A stretch of 62,905 nucleotides of DNA, filler included. It is 5 parts of 5 records of this genome, joined end to end, with 100 filler letters (N's around TTAATTAATTAA, not from the genome) between each part and the next. Parts side by side here need not be neighbours in the genome. Positions count along the whole stretch, not along the records: positions 29,553 to 42,275 come from DRR723986_2298; positions 42,376 to 55,731 come from DRR723986_2303; 3 more parts are not named here. The stretch is one strand, 5' to 3'. This document shows, piece after piece, positions 39,867-49,072 of the stretch (its first letter is position 1; every line of letters begins with the position of its first letter). The position numbers and the translations under genes are program-made. The notes below the pieces were generated by a model. It worked only from the letters and a program-made list of their open reading frames with translations, was not told the DNA's origin and made no database searches.

Positions 39867-40091
39867 GCTCTGCACTTGTTGCGAAGTATCCCTGTGTTTC
39901 AAACAACTTCTTCGCTGCATCAAAGAATTTCCGTTTGCCTTTGGGATGCCGCATGTTGTCCCCGTGCTGCTGGATTGAAAATTCTATGGCTGACTGCATT
40001 CAGTTACTCGAAACTTCATATTCTCGTGACTCTATGCAAGTTCTGCTGGATTGCAGGCTGTGGGGCTGCAGGCTGACCTGAAGCCTGGGGC
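39867..40091 (-). pseudogene. Decayed duplicate of the tetR promoter and first ~28 codons
   Basis: ATG 39954 gives MRHPKGKRKFFDAAKKLFETQGYFATSAE versus MRPPKGKQKLFDAAMKLFETQGYFATSVE of the intact gene. Upstream DNA aligns with 36600-36740. Confidence 0.88.
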
Positions 40092-40117
40092 GGTCAATGC
40101 ATTGACTAGCAAGAAGA

Positions 40118-40161
40118 TCATAAGAGCCTGAGATGCAAATGGAATGCCGCAGCTCAAAGCG
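40118..40161. repeat. Dispersed hairpin repeat, copy C
   Basis: TCATAAGAGCCTGAGATGCAAATGGAATGCCGCAGCTCAAAGCG. Confidence 0.9.
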
Positions 40162-40332
40162 ATGCCTGGAAACTTGGGGAAGCTCTTGCAGCAGCGGCTG
40201 GAATATGATTGACCTGCTTTGAAAAAATGGCGAAATTTGCAGGCGTGAACATCTTGCAGTCGCAAAGTGTGTCTTCCACAACATACGAAGCGGCAGACTG
40301 CTGCAGTTGCAATAGCACGAATGTGTTAACAC

Positions 40333-42174
40333 GTGTATCTACATCGGAAGGTGGGTTGTAAGAGAGTGAAACAGAAAGAGCGCACTGTCGCAAATATTCG
40401 CCAGATAGAACAGTTGCTGAAACTCCTCAAAAGTAATCCACAGTTAAATAAACGACATCTTGAAAGGATTGCGCCAAATTTTAGTAAAAGTGCCGTTAAC
40501 CTGATTCACTATCAGTCATTGAGATCACAGGACATCAGGCCGCTACAGAAGGACTTGCGGGAGTACGGTCTGTCGCGCCTGGCCAAGTCGCAGAGCCATG
40601 TCCTGGCGAGTCTTAGCCAGTCGCACCTTCTGTTAAACCTCTTAGTCGGTAAAACTGTGCCGAAACGCAAATCTGGTTTGTCGATTCGGAATGGCCGGCG
40701 GCTGCTCAAGAAAAATACGGGGCTCTTGTTCGGTCGGCAGTCCAACAAACGCAGGGTACGTTTGATGGTGACGATGCCGACAGGAGCGGCTGATGATTAT
40801 GCGCTGGTGCGTGACATGCTTGCGCAGGGCATGAACTGCGCACGCATTAACTGTGCGCATGATGATGCCACGGTTTGGCTGCGCATCATTGAAAATGTTA
40901 AACGCGCTGCGCAGGAACTGCAGCGCGAAGTCAAAATTGCGATGGATTTAGCCGGTCCCAAGTTGCGTAGCGGAATGCTGGAAGACGGCCCGCGCGTTGT
41001 TAAGATCAGCCCCGTGCGCGACGATTATGGCAAAGTTGTAGCCGCAGCCAATATTCGCATCAGCGCAAATTCCGCAGCTGAAACGAATGTTGTTTTACCG
41101 GTTGAGGTGGAATGGATTAAGCGAAGGACCATTGGTGAGACTCTGCAGCTGATTGATACAAGAGGCAAGTCGGTGAATCTGTACGTGCAGGAGCTTGCAG
41201 CCGGCGAGTTAACTGTTGCCGCCAAACAGACGCTTTACATTAAGACCGGTACAAAAATTGTAGGTGCCAACAATGACGAAACCGAAGTGGGGCTGCTGCC
41301 GGCACTGGAGCGCAGTATTTTGCTTCAACCCGGTGACGAACTGATTGTAGAACATTCGGATGGGCCCGGCTTTTTGGGAAGGAGAGACCGCAGCGGCAAG
41401 TATGTGGAACTTCCACGAATAGGATGTGGTCTGGCACAGGTGTTCGAACATGTTAAACTTGGTGAACGGATTCTGTTTGACGACGGCAAGATTGAAGGCC
41501 GGATTGTGTGGACGGAAGCTGCAAAGTTTGGACTTGAGATTGTTAGAACCAAAGATGGTGGCTCCAAGCTCAGAGCCGAAAAAGGCATGAACTTTCCAGA
41601 CTCCAAACTGGACATTCGCGGGCTGACGGATAAAGACCGGCAGGACCTGGAGTTTGTAGTTAAACATGCCGATATCATCAATTTTTCCTTTGTTAACACA
41701 CCGCAAGACGTAGAAGAATTGTATGCCTGCCTCGACGCGCTGGATGCGCGCGCAGATATTGGAGTGATCTTAAAGATTGAGACTAAGGCGAGCTATCAGA
41801 ATCTGTTTAAGCTGCTGCTTAAGGGAATGCAGCGGCCGATCCTGGGAGTTATGATTGCGCGCGGTGACCTGGCCGTTGAAATCGGCTGGAACAATCTGGG
41901 TGCGGTCCAGGAAGAAATTCTATCGATTTGCAAAGCGGCGCATGTGCCGGTAATCTGGGCGACGCAGGTTCTGGAGAATCTGGCGAAAAAGGGTCTGCCC
42001 TCCCGCGCTGAGATTACTGACGTGATTACGGCGATCAAGGCCGAGTGTGTGATGCTGAATAAGGGGCCGCACATTGGTGAGGCGATGGCGTTGCTCAACG
42101 AGATTCTGACTGGGCTGGAGAAACACAAGGAAAAGGATGAGAGTCAGTTGGCGCAATTGCTGTCACTGTCGTAA
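40333..42174 (+). CDS. pyk: Pyruvate kinase, atypical long form
   Basis: ARINCAHDD, MDLAGPKLR, LFDDGKI, KGMNFP, LKIET, MIARGDLAVE, WATQVLE, PSRAEITD, CVMLNKG. Start uncertain (GTG 40333 or 40366). Confidence 0.9.
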   Translation: MYLHRKVGCKRVKQKERTVANIRQIEQLLKLLKSNPQLNKRHLERIAPNFSKSAVNLIHYQSLRSQDIRPLQKDLREYGLSRLAKSQSHVLASLSQSHLLLNLLVGKTVPKRKSGLSIRNGRRLLKKNTGLLFGRQSNKRRVRLMVTMPTGAADDYALVRDMLAQGMNCARINCAHDDATVWLRIIENVKRAAQELQREVKIAMDLAGPKLRSGMLEDGPRVVKISPVRDDYGKVVAAANIRISANSAAETNVVLPVEVEWIKRRTIGETLQLIDTRGKSVNLYVQELAAGELTVAAKQTLYIKTGTKIVGANNDETEVGLLPALERSILLQPGDELIVEHSDGPGFLGRRDRSGKYVELPRIGCGLAQVFEHVKLGERILFDDGKIEGRIVWTEAAKFGLEIVRTKDGGSKLRAEKGMNFPDSKLDIRGLTDKDRQDLEFVVKHADIINFSFVNTPQDVEELYACLDALDARADIGVILKIETKASYQNLFKLLLKGMQRPILGVMIARGDLAVEIGWNNLGAVQEEILSICKAAHVPVIWATQVLENLAKKGLPSRAEITDVITAIKAECVMLNKGPHIGEAMALLNEILTGLEKHKEKDESQLAQLLSLS

Positions 42175-42237
42175 TGGATGTCTTGCGGCCGGGGGACCTG
42201 GTGGCACGTCTTTTGGCTGCTGGATTGTGGCGCGGCG

Positions 42238-42275
42238 TCTGATGACTGGAGACTGATGGCTGGAGACTCGGTGGC
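42238..42275. repeat. Short tandem repeat (CTGATGRCTGGAGA) at the contig end
   Basis: CTGATGACTGGAGA CTGATGGCTGGAGA CTCGGTGGC. Confidence 0.6.
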
Positions 42276-42375
42276 NNNNNNNNNNNNNNNNNNNNNNNNN
42301 NNNNNNNNNNNNNNNNNNNTTAATTAATTAANNNNNNNNNNNNNNNNNNNNNNNNNNNNNNNNNNNNNNNNNNNN
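42276..42375. other. Artificial contig-joining spacer
   Basis: N-run with TTAATTAATTAA. Confidence 0.98.
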
Positions 42376-44082
42376 ATAGGGGATCGTCACCGTGCCGTTG
42401 AAGCCGGTGGGCGGCGTGTAGGTCACGGTGCCGTCCGGGTTCAGCGTCGCCGTCCCTTCGGAGGGCGTGCCGATTTCCGAGGCGCGCAGCGGGTCGCTGT
42501 CCGGGTCGGTGTCGTTGCCGGCCGGATCGAAGGTTACAGGCGTGTCCTCGTCGGTGGTGATGTCGTCATCGACGGCCACCGGCGGCAGGTTCGGGTCCTC
42601 TTCGATGGTCACCGTGACGGTGCCGGTATCGCCCAGGCCGGTCGGGTCGACCACGTCGTAGGTGAAGGTATCGGTCCCGATGAAGCCGGCGTTGGGCGTG
42701 TAGGTGACGGTGTTGCCGTCGAAGGTCACGGTGCCATTGGCCGCCGGGCCGACGCCGCTCACGGTCAGGTCCTCGTCCTCGGGGTCGATGTCGTTCAGCG
42801 TGGGGTCAAGCGAGACCGACGTGCCTTCGACCGTGGTGGTGGTGTCGTCGAAGGCGACCGGAGGCTCTCCATTCACCGGGCCGACCACGACGCGCACTTC
42901 GGCGGTCGAGGTGAACTCGCCATCGGTGATGGTGTAGGTGAAGGTGTCCACGCCCACGTAGCCGGCGTTCGGCGTGTAGGTGAAGGAGCCGTCGTCGTTC
43001 TGCTCGACCGCGCCGTTGGCCGGCGCGGTGTTGCCGGAGATCGTCAGCGCGTCGTCGTCGGGGTCCGCGTCGTTGCCGAGCACGAAGACGGTCGCCGCGG
43101 TGTCGATGTCCGTGGCGACGGAGTCGTTGACGGCCACCGGGGGGCGGTTCTCGCCGCCGTCGTCGCCGACGGTCACGATGATCGTGCCCTCGTCGGTCAG
43201 GTCGCCGTCGCTGACGGTATAGGGAATGGTCGCCGTTCCGGTGAAGCCGGGCGCGGGCGTGAAGGTCACGGTGCCGTCTCCGTTCAGCACGGCAGAGCCG
43301 GAGCTCGGCGTGCCGATCGCGGTGGTGGACAGGGTGTCGCCGTCCGGATCGGTGTCATTGGCGGCGGGCGTCACGGTGACGGGCGTATCGGTCGCGGTCG
43401 AGATCAGATCGTCGACGGCGGTCGGCGGATCGTTCTCTTCGGGATCGCCCACGTCGACGGTGGTGAACAGCATGTCGGAGATCAGCACGGCCTGCTGCGC
43501 GCTGTTGCCATTGGCGTAGGCCACTTCGATGCGGCTGATCGGTCCGGGGATCGAAACCAGGACAGATCCGGTCGCGGCGTCGTAATCGCCCTCGGCCCCG
43601 CCGGTGGCGGTGTCTCCGGTGACCGACACGGCGCTTTCCGGCGTCAGTGAGACGGGGACCGGGTTGCCATCGGCATCATAGGCCGTGACGGTCACGATAT
43701 CCTCGAAACCGCCGCCGGCTGCGAAAAGATCGCCGCCCGGGCCGGTGTCGACGTCGTTCAGGCGGAAGCTGACGTTCTGCACGCTGTCGGTGTAGAGGTC
43801 GGTGCTGGTCGAGCGGAAGTCGAAGGTCACCGTCGAGGTGTCGCTTGCGCCCAGCGTGTTGTCACCGAAAAGCTTCAAATGCGAGTTGGGGTCGAAGGCT
43901 TCGCCTGCTGCGGCATAGCCGGTGGCATCGAAGGTGAAAGCCTGCGCGCCCTGAACCAATTCGTCGTAAGTAATGTCGACCGCGACCCCACCCGTGTCCA
44001 CGGTGGCGGAAATGCCGCCGGTGTCCGTGACCTGAGTGCCATACGGGCCAAGCGCGCCCCAATCCAATACCAAGTCAGCCAT
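42376..44082 (-). CDS. Large acidic protein with tandem cadherin-like/Big_9 Ig repeats (3'-truncated at gap)
   Basis: Four ~95-aa repeats (PP.A.DD...T..DT.....ND.DPD.D.L......NG......DG..TYTP..GF.G...F.Y), the last cut by the gap; no Sec signal peptide. Confidence 0.88.
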
Positions 44083-44499
44083 AGTACGACCCTTTCACTC
44101 CTCAAAACGGGGCATGCCCGTTCCGCCCAAGGCGGCAGCAATGCCCACGCACTGCCCGTTTTCCTCACGTGCCCGCCATGCCTGATGAATTGCGAAGTGA
44201 TCGCGTCGCCTCTGCCCACGTCTTTCGTGAGAGAAGAGCGCTGTCGCGGCAACGGGCGGTTCTCCGCCCTCGCTTCACTTCGCACCCTTTCGGATTGCGA
44301 GCTGTTCAGCGGCCGCCCCCGTGGCCAGCAGTCTTCACCCCCCAGTTGGGCTTGAAAACATTAATACGGCGAAGATGGCTGCTGGAAAGGGGAAAAAGGC
44401 GAAAACCGGGCCCCATCCGTCCAGTTTACGCCCGAGTGGGGCGAAAATCGGGCCGAAATCCAAGGGTTTTCCTGGTCAATTGTGTGCGTCCGCGAAACA

Positions 44500-44515
44500 T
44501 TAAAATTTGGTTAAC
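44500..44515. promoter_or_regulatory. CtrA-binding box
   Basis: TTAA-AATTTGG-TTAAC matches TTAA-N7-TTAAC exactly in otherwise high-GC intergenic DNA. Confidence 0.65.
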
Positions 44516-44792
44516 GGCGGCCAGAGGGTCGGATTTGCCTGTCCTGCGGGGCTTGGCGCATCGAAGCGGTCGCCTGCTGTCCCTGCTTTCGCAACAGTCC
44601 CGAATCCCGCCGGAAAGCGGCCGAGGCGGCCACAGTCTTGCCCCGAAGCGTCTGGCGTTGTCCGTCCGCCGGAACCAATCGCGCCAGGTTCCCGCAATTG
44701 GTCCGTTCCGCCCCTAGGTAAACCTGAAGGAATTGCGAATCATTCGAGTCGAATTGCGACACGGCCAGCCACCGCCCCCGCGGATCGCGACC

Positions 44793-45509
44793 TCAGGGCT
44801 CGTCGGTCTCAGTAAACAGGGCCGGATGCGCATCGCGCAGCCCCTCGAGCCGGGTGATGGTCCCGGTCAGATGGCTGCGCATCGCCCGGGAGGCGGCGTC
44901 GCCATCCCCCGTCTCGATGGCATCCACCACGGCGCGATGCGCGGCCACGATGCTTTCCATCTTGCCCCGCCGGGGCAGTTCCAGACGCTGGCAGCGCATC
45001 AGGTGCCCCATCTGGCGCGTCACGAGGTGATGGATCTCTCCAACCCCGGCGGCCTCGAACAGAAGCCGGTGAAACCCCCTGTCCAGTTCCGAGAAGAGAT
45101 CCATCTGGCCGAGATCGTCGACCAGAACCTCCTGCATCGACAGCAGGCCGCGCGCGCGCCGCAGAACCTCTGCGTCGGGGCGGGCGGCAAGGCGGCGCGC
45201 GACCTCGGTCTCGGCCGCGACGCGCAGGAAATGCGCCTGCTCCAGCGCCGATTGGTCGATGCGCGTCACCACGGTGCCCGATTGCGGGCGGATGCGCACC
45301 AGCCCGTCCTGCTCCAGCGCTTGGAGCGCTTCGCGGATGGGGGTCAGGCTGACGCCGTATTCCGCGGCCAGCCCGGACCGGCTGAGCACCGCATCCGGCG
45401 CCAGATCCAGGTGCAGGATGCGCGCCCTGAGGTCCTCGTAGACGGCCTCCGGCGCCGAACGCGCGGCGCGGTCGGCAAGCAGTCCCCGGGCAGAGTGGCG
45501 ATTGATCAT
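44793..45509 (-). CDS. GntR family (FCD domain) regulator
   Basis: VYEDLR.RI..L.L.P...LSR..LA..YGVSLTPIREAL..L.QDGLV...PQSGT.V; D..FH and H..VVDAI. Start placed at ATG 45509. Confidence 0.92.
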   Translation of the reverse strand: MINRHSARGLLADRAARSAPEAVYEDLRARILHLDLAPDAVLSRSGLAAEYGVSLTPIREALQALEQDGLVRIRPQSGTVVTRIDQSALEQAHFLRVAAETEVARRLAARPDAEVLRRARGLLSMQEVLVDDLGQMDLFSELDRGFHRLLFEAAGVGEIHHLVTRQMGHLMRCQRLELPRRGKMESIVAAHRAVVDAIETGDGDAASRAMRSHLTGTITRLEGLRDAHPALFTETDEP

Positions 45510-45566
45510 GACGGTCGACCGATTAACAGCGCACCCGCATAGAAAACAGGATTGATCCACTAATTC

Positions 45567-45582
45567 AACTAATATATCAGTT
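45567..45582. promoter_or_regulatory. Putative GntR operator in the divergent promoter
   Basis: AACTAATATATCAGTT near-palindrome between gntR and dctP. Confidence 0.6.
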
Positions 45583-45648
45583 ATCACAGGGCGGCGTCAT
45601 GGAGGATGGCTCCCCCTGCCCCACGGGATTTCAAAGGGAGGAAACCTC

Positions 45649-46680
45649 ATGACTTTCAAGATGATGGCAGCCGTGTCTGCCGTGGCCATCACGGCCGGAC
45701 TTGCGGCGACCGATGCCGATGCCGCTGACCGTGTGCTGAAGATCCAGACCTCGTCCAATGCAAGCCACGCCTCGCTGGCCTACCTCAACGAAGAGTGGGT
45801 GCCCAAGCTCGAGGCCATGACGAACGGCGCCATTTCGGTCGAGCTTCTGCCCATCGACGCCGTCGTGCCGCGCCGCGAGACGGCAGAGGCCATCGCCGTG
45901 GGCATCCTCGACGGCGACCTGACCTCGATCAACTATTTCGCCGGCATCGACCCGGCCTTCGCGCTGATGGGCGACCTGATCGCGGGCTATGACAGCGCCG
46001 ACCAGATCCAGGCCTTCTGCGCACAGGGCGGCGGCAAGGAGATCCTGCAAAAGCTGTACGACGAGCACTTCGAAGGCGTCCATGTCATCGGCTGCGGCGC
46101 CTACGCGCGCGAGGCCTTCGTCTCCAAGGTGCCGGTGCGCGGTGTCGCGGACCTCGAAGGCCTCAAGATCCGTTCGCCCGAGGGTCTGGCCGCCGATGTC
46201 TTCAAGCGCGCGGGCGCCGCGCCCGTGTCCATGTCCGGCTCCGAGACCTATGGCGCCTTGGAAAAGGGCGTGATCGACGCCGCCGACAACTCGGCCTATG
46301 CCAACAACGACGCCAACGGGATGCACAAGGTCGCCAAATACCCGATCTTCCCGGGCATCCACTCGACCCCGATCCTGCAGTTCACCCTGAACGAGGCCGT
46401 CTGGGACGAGATCGGCGAAGCCAACCAGGTCGCGCTCGAGACATGGTATCTGGCCGCCTACAACGGGCTGCGCCAGCACCTCGACCGGCTCGACCGCCAG
46501 CTTGTCGCCCGCGACCGCGCCGCCGGAGAGATCGAGATCATTGACTGGCCGCAGGAAGAGCGCGACGCGCTGCGCGCCATCGCCGAAGAGGCATGGTCCG
46601 ACTTCGCCTCGCAATCCGACCTCGCGAAAGAGGTCTATGACGCGCACATCGCCTTCATGAAGGAAGCGGGCCTCTTCTGA
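45649..46680 (+). CDS. dctP: TRAP transporter substrate-binding protein DctP
   Basis: Signal peptide, MTNGAI.VELLP..AVV, DLEGLKIRSP (conserved Arg), YGALEKGVIDAAD. Confidence 0.92.
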   Translation: MTFKMMAAVSAVAITAGLAATDADAADRVLKIQTSSNASHASLAYLNEEWVPKLEAMTNGAISVELLPIDAVVPRRETAEAIAVGILDGDLTSINYFAGIDPAFALMGDLIAGYDSADQIQAFCAQGGGKEILQKLYDEHFEGVHVIGCGAYAREAFVSKVPVRGVADLEGLKIRSPEGLAADVFKRAGAAPVSMSGSETYGALEKGVIDAADNSAYANNDANGMHKVAKYPIFPGIHSTPILQFTLNEAVWDEIGEANQVALETWYLAAYNGLRQHLDRLDRQLVARDRAAGEIEIIDWPQEERDALRAIAEEAWSDFASQSDLAKEVYDAHIAFMKEAGLF

Positions 46681-46797
46681 GGCCACCTGACCGCCCCGGG
46701 CCGACCTTGGTCCGGGGCACGTCGATCCCGGTCGCGCCGCGCGCCGCCGGGCTGCCCCGGCACGCGACGGGGCGGACGAGCCAGCAAGGGGACAGGC

Positions 46798-48873
46798 ATG
46801 GCATCCGAGTATCAGAGCAAACTGGACGAGACCGAGATAGAGATCGGGGCGCAGGACCCCGACTATGACGAGGTGCAGGTCGCTATGCGCGATTACACCC
46901 CCGTCGATCACTTCAGCCATGTCACCGGCATCGGCGTCTCTGTCTTCTATATCGTTGCCGCGCTGGCCACGCTGGTCGAGGTCTTCTCGCGCTATGTGCT
47001 GAACGCGCCGACCTTCTGGGCCTTCGAGACCGTCATGGTCACCGTCGCCGCGGCATGGATGCTTTCGGCCGGCTATGTCACGCTGAAGCAACGCCATATC
47101 GCGATCACCGTGATTCACGGCATCACCACCCCGCGCACCCGCTGGTGGCTGGATCTCTTCGCCATGCTGGTGGGCGTCGTGGCGCTTTACATGCTGCTGA
47201 CGGATGCGCCGATCCGCGCCTATGTCAGCGTCGAGCGGGTCGAGAAATCGGGCTCGGCCTTCAATTCGCCGCTGCCGATGATGATGAAGTCGCTGATGGT
47301 CCTTGGCGCCTTCATGTACCTCGCGCAGCTGATGGTGAACCTGCACCGGCATGTCAACAGCGCGCCCGCCAAGCTGATCGTGAAGCTCATCGCGGCCTAT
47401 TTCGTGCTGTACTTCGTCTCGGCCTTCCTCTCCGAGGTCTTCGGCTTCGCGCCCGCCGAGGCCTTCTCGGGCTTCATCAGCGACATCGGCAAAGCCATGG
47501 ACCCGTCGAAGGCGCTGAACATGCGCGAGATGGGGCTGGGCACCGTATCCTTCGTGATGGTGGTGCTGCTGATCGCGCTGATGATGACGGGGATGCCGCT
47601 GGGCATCGTCACGCTGATCGTCTCGGTCATCATGGCGGTGGCCTTCTTCGGGCCGCGCGGGCTGTTCCTCGTGTCCTCGAACGCCGTGGGCCTCTTGGAG
47701 CACTACAGCCTCGTGGCCGTGCCCTTCTTCGTGCTGATGGCCTCGATCCTCGAACGGGCGGGCATCGCCGAAGACCTCTTCGACGCGATGTCGGTCTTTG
47801 CGGGCAACCTGCGCGGCGGCGTGGCGATCCAGACGACGGTCGTGGCCGTCATCCTTGCCGCCATGTCCGGCGTCATGGGCGGAGAGATCGTGATGCTGGG
47901 CCTCGTCGCCCTGCCCCAGTTGTTCCGGCTGGGCTATGACCGCAAGCTCTCCATCGGCCTGATCTGCGCCGCAGGCGCCCTCGCCACGCTGATCCCGCCC
48001 TCGATCATCATGATCGTCTACGGCCTTAGCGCCGAGGTCGGCATCGGCGATCTGTTCATGGCGGGCGCCATTCCCGGCATCATGCTGGCGGTCTTCTACG
48101 CGGGCTACGTGGTGATCCGCGTGAACCTGAACCCCAAGCTGGCCCCCACCGCCGCAGAGGTGGCACAGATCACCGGACGCGACAGCAAGCTGACCAAGGA
48201 CCGCGTCATCGCCGTCATCCTCTGCATCATCCTGATCGGGGCGGTCATGGGGTCGATCTACGGCGGCGTCGCCTCCGTGACCGAAGCCGCCGCCGTGGGC
48301 TGCGTCGGCGCGCTGTTCGTCGCCGCCGTGCGCAACCAGTTCCGGTGGGACGTGATGTCGGCGGCCATGCTGGGCACCATGACCACCGTGGGCACGATCA
48401 TCTGGCTGGTGCTGGGGGCGGTCAGCTTCGTCGGCATCTTCAACCTCGTCGGCGGCGGAGACTTCATGCGCTCGCTCTTCCTCGACCTCGGCCTCTCGGC
48501 CATGGGAACGGTGCTGGTGATGATGGTGATCCTGATGATCCTCGGCACCTTCATGGAATGGATCGCCATCGTCCTCATCACCGTGCCGGTCTTTGCGCCG
48601 GTGGTCATGACGCTGGCCCCGGAACTGGGGCTGACGGAGGATCAGGCGAAGATCTGGTTCGGCATCCTCTTCGTCATGAACATCCAGATCTACTTCCTCT
48701 CGCCGCCCTTCGGCCCGGCCTGCTTCTGGCTGAAATCCGTCGCGCCGAAGGATGTGACGCTGCAGGAGATCTTCATCTCCGTCCTGCCCTTCATCGCGCT
48801 TCAGATCCTCGGTCTGGTTCTGGTGATGCTCTTCCCGCAGATCGCGCTCTTCCTGCCCGAACTGCTGAACTGA
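46798..48873 (+). CDS. Fused TRAP transporter DctQ-DctM permease
   Basis: N-terminal DctQ (EVFSRYVLNAPT.WAFE, HIAI), then DctM (LVAVPFFVLM, GALATLIPPSI, LSPPFG). Confidence 0.93.
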   Translation: MASEYQSKLDETEIEIGAQDPDYDEVQVAMRDYTPVDHFSHVTGIGVSVFYIVAALATLVEVFSRYVLNAPTFWAFETVMVTVAAAWMLSAGYVTLKQRHIAITVIHGITTPRTRWWLDLFAMLVGVVALYMLLTDAPIRAYVSVERVEKSGSAFNSPLPMMMKSLMVLGAFMYLAQLMVNLHRHVNSAPAKLIVKLIAAYFVLYFVSAFLSEVFGFAPAEAFSGFISDIGKAMDPSKALNMREMGLGTVSFVMVVLLIALMMTGMPLGIVTLIVSVIMAVAFFGPRGLFLVSSNAVGLLEHYSLVAVPFFVLMASILERAGIAEDLFDAMSVFAGNLRGGVAIQTTVVAVILAAMSGVMGGEIVMLGLVALPQLFRLGYDRKLSIGLICAAGALATLIPPSIIMIVYGLSAEVGIGDLFMAGAIPGIMLAVFYAGYVVIRVNLNPKLAPTAAEVAQITGRDSKLTKDRVIAVILCIILIGAVMGSIYGGVASVTEAAAVGCVGALFVAAVRNQFRWDVMSAAMLGTMTTVGTIIWLVLGAVSFVGIFNLVGGGDFMRSLFLDLGLSAMGTVLVMMVILMILGTFMEWIAIVLITVPVFAPVVMTLAPELGLTEDQAKIWFGILFVMNIQIYFLSPPFGPACFWLKSVAPKDVTLQEIFISVLPFIALQILGLVLVMLFPQIALFLPELLN

Positions 48874-48925
48874 CGACGCGGGGCCGCCCCCGGCGCGCGC
48901 CCCCCCCATGACAAAGGAGACCGAC

Positions 48926-49048
48926 ATGATCGGACGTGATTCACGCGAGGATATGGACGGTTACGGCATCTGGCCGTGGCTGCTGGGCTTCGCCATGGTG
49001 GCCGTGATCATCTGGCTGATGTTCGCCTTCGCCTCGCCCATTTCCTGA
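48926..49048 (+). CDS. 40-aa single-pass membrane peptide (not in ORF track)
   Basis: AAGGAGA RBS, then MIGRDSREDMDGYGIWPWLLGFAMVAVIIWLMFAFASPIS*. GC3-rich codons; fills the dctQM-dehydratase gap. Confidence 0.7.
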   Translation: MIGRDSREDMDGYGIWPWLLGFAMVAVIIWLMFAFASPIS

Positions 49049-49072
49049 CCCCCACAGACCCACAGGACTGCA

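Noticed and set aside
29553..40161. The 44-bp repeats as a CRISPR array or classical integron attC sites
   Set aside because: Spacing is 2.6 and 7.9 kb, not 30-40 bp; no cas genes, no intI, and no RYYYAAC/GTTRRRY cores.
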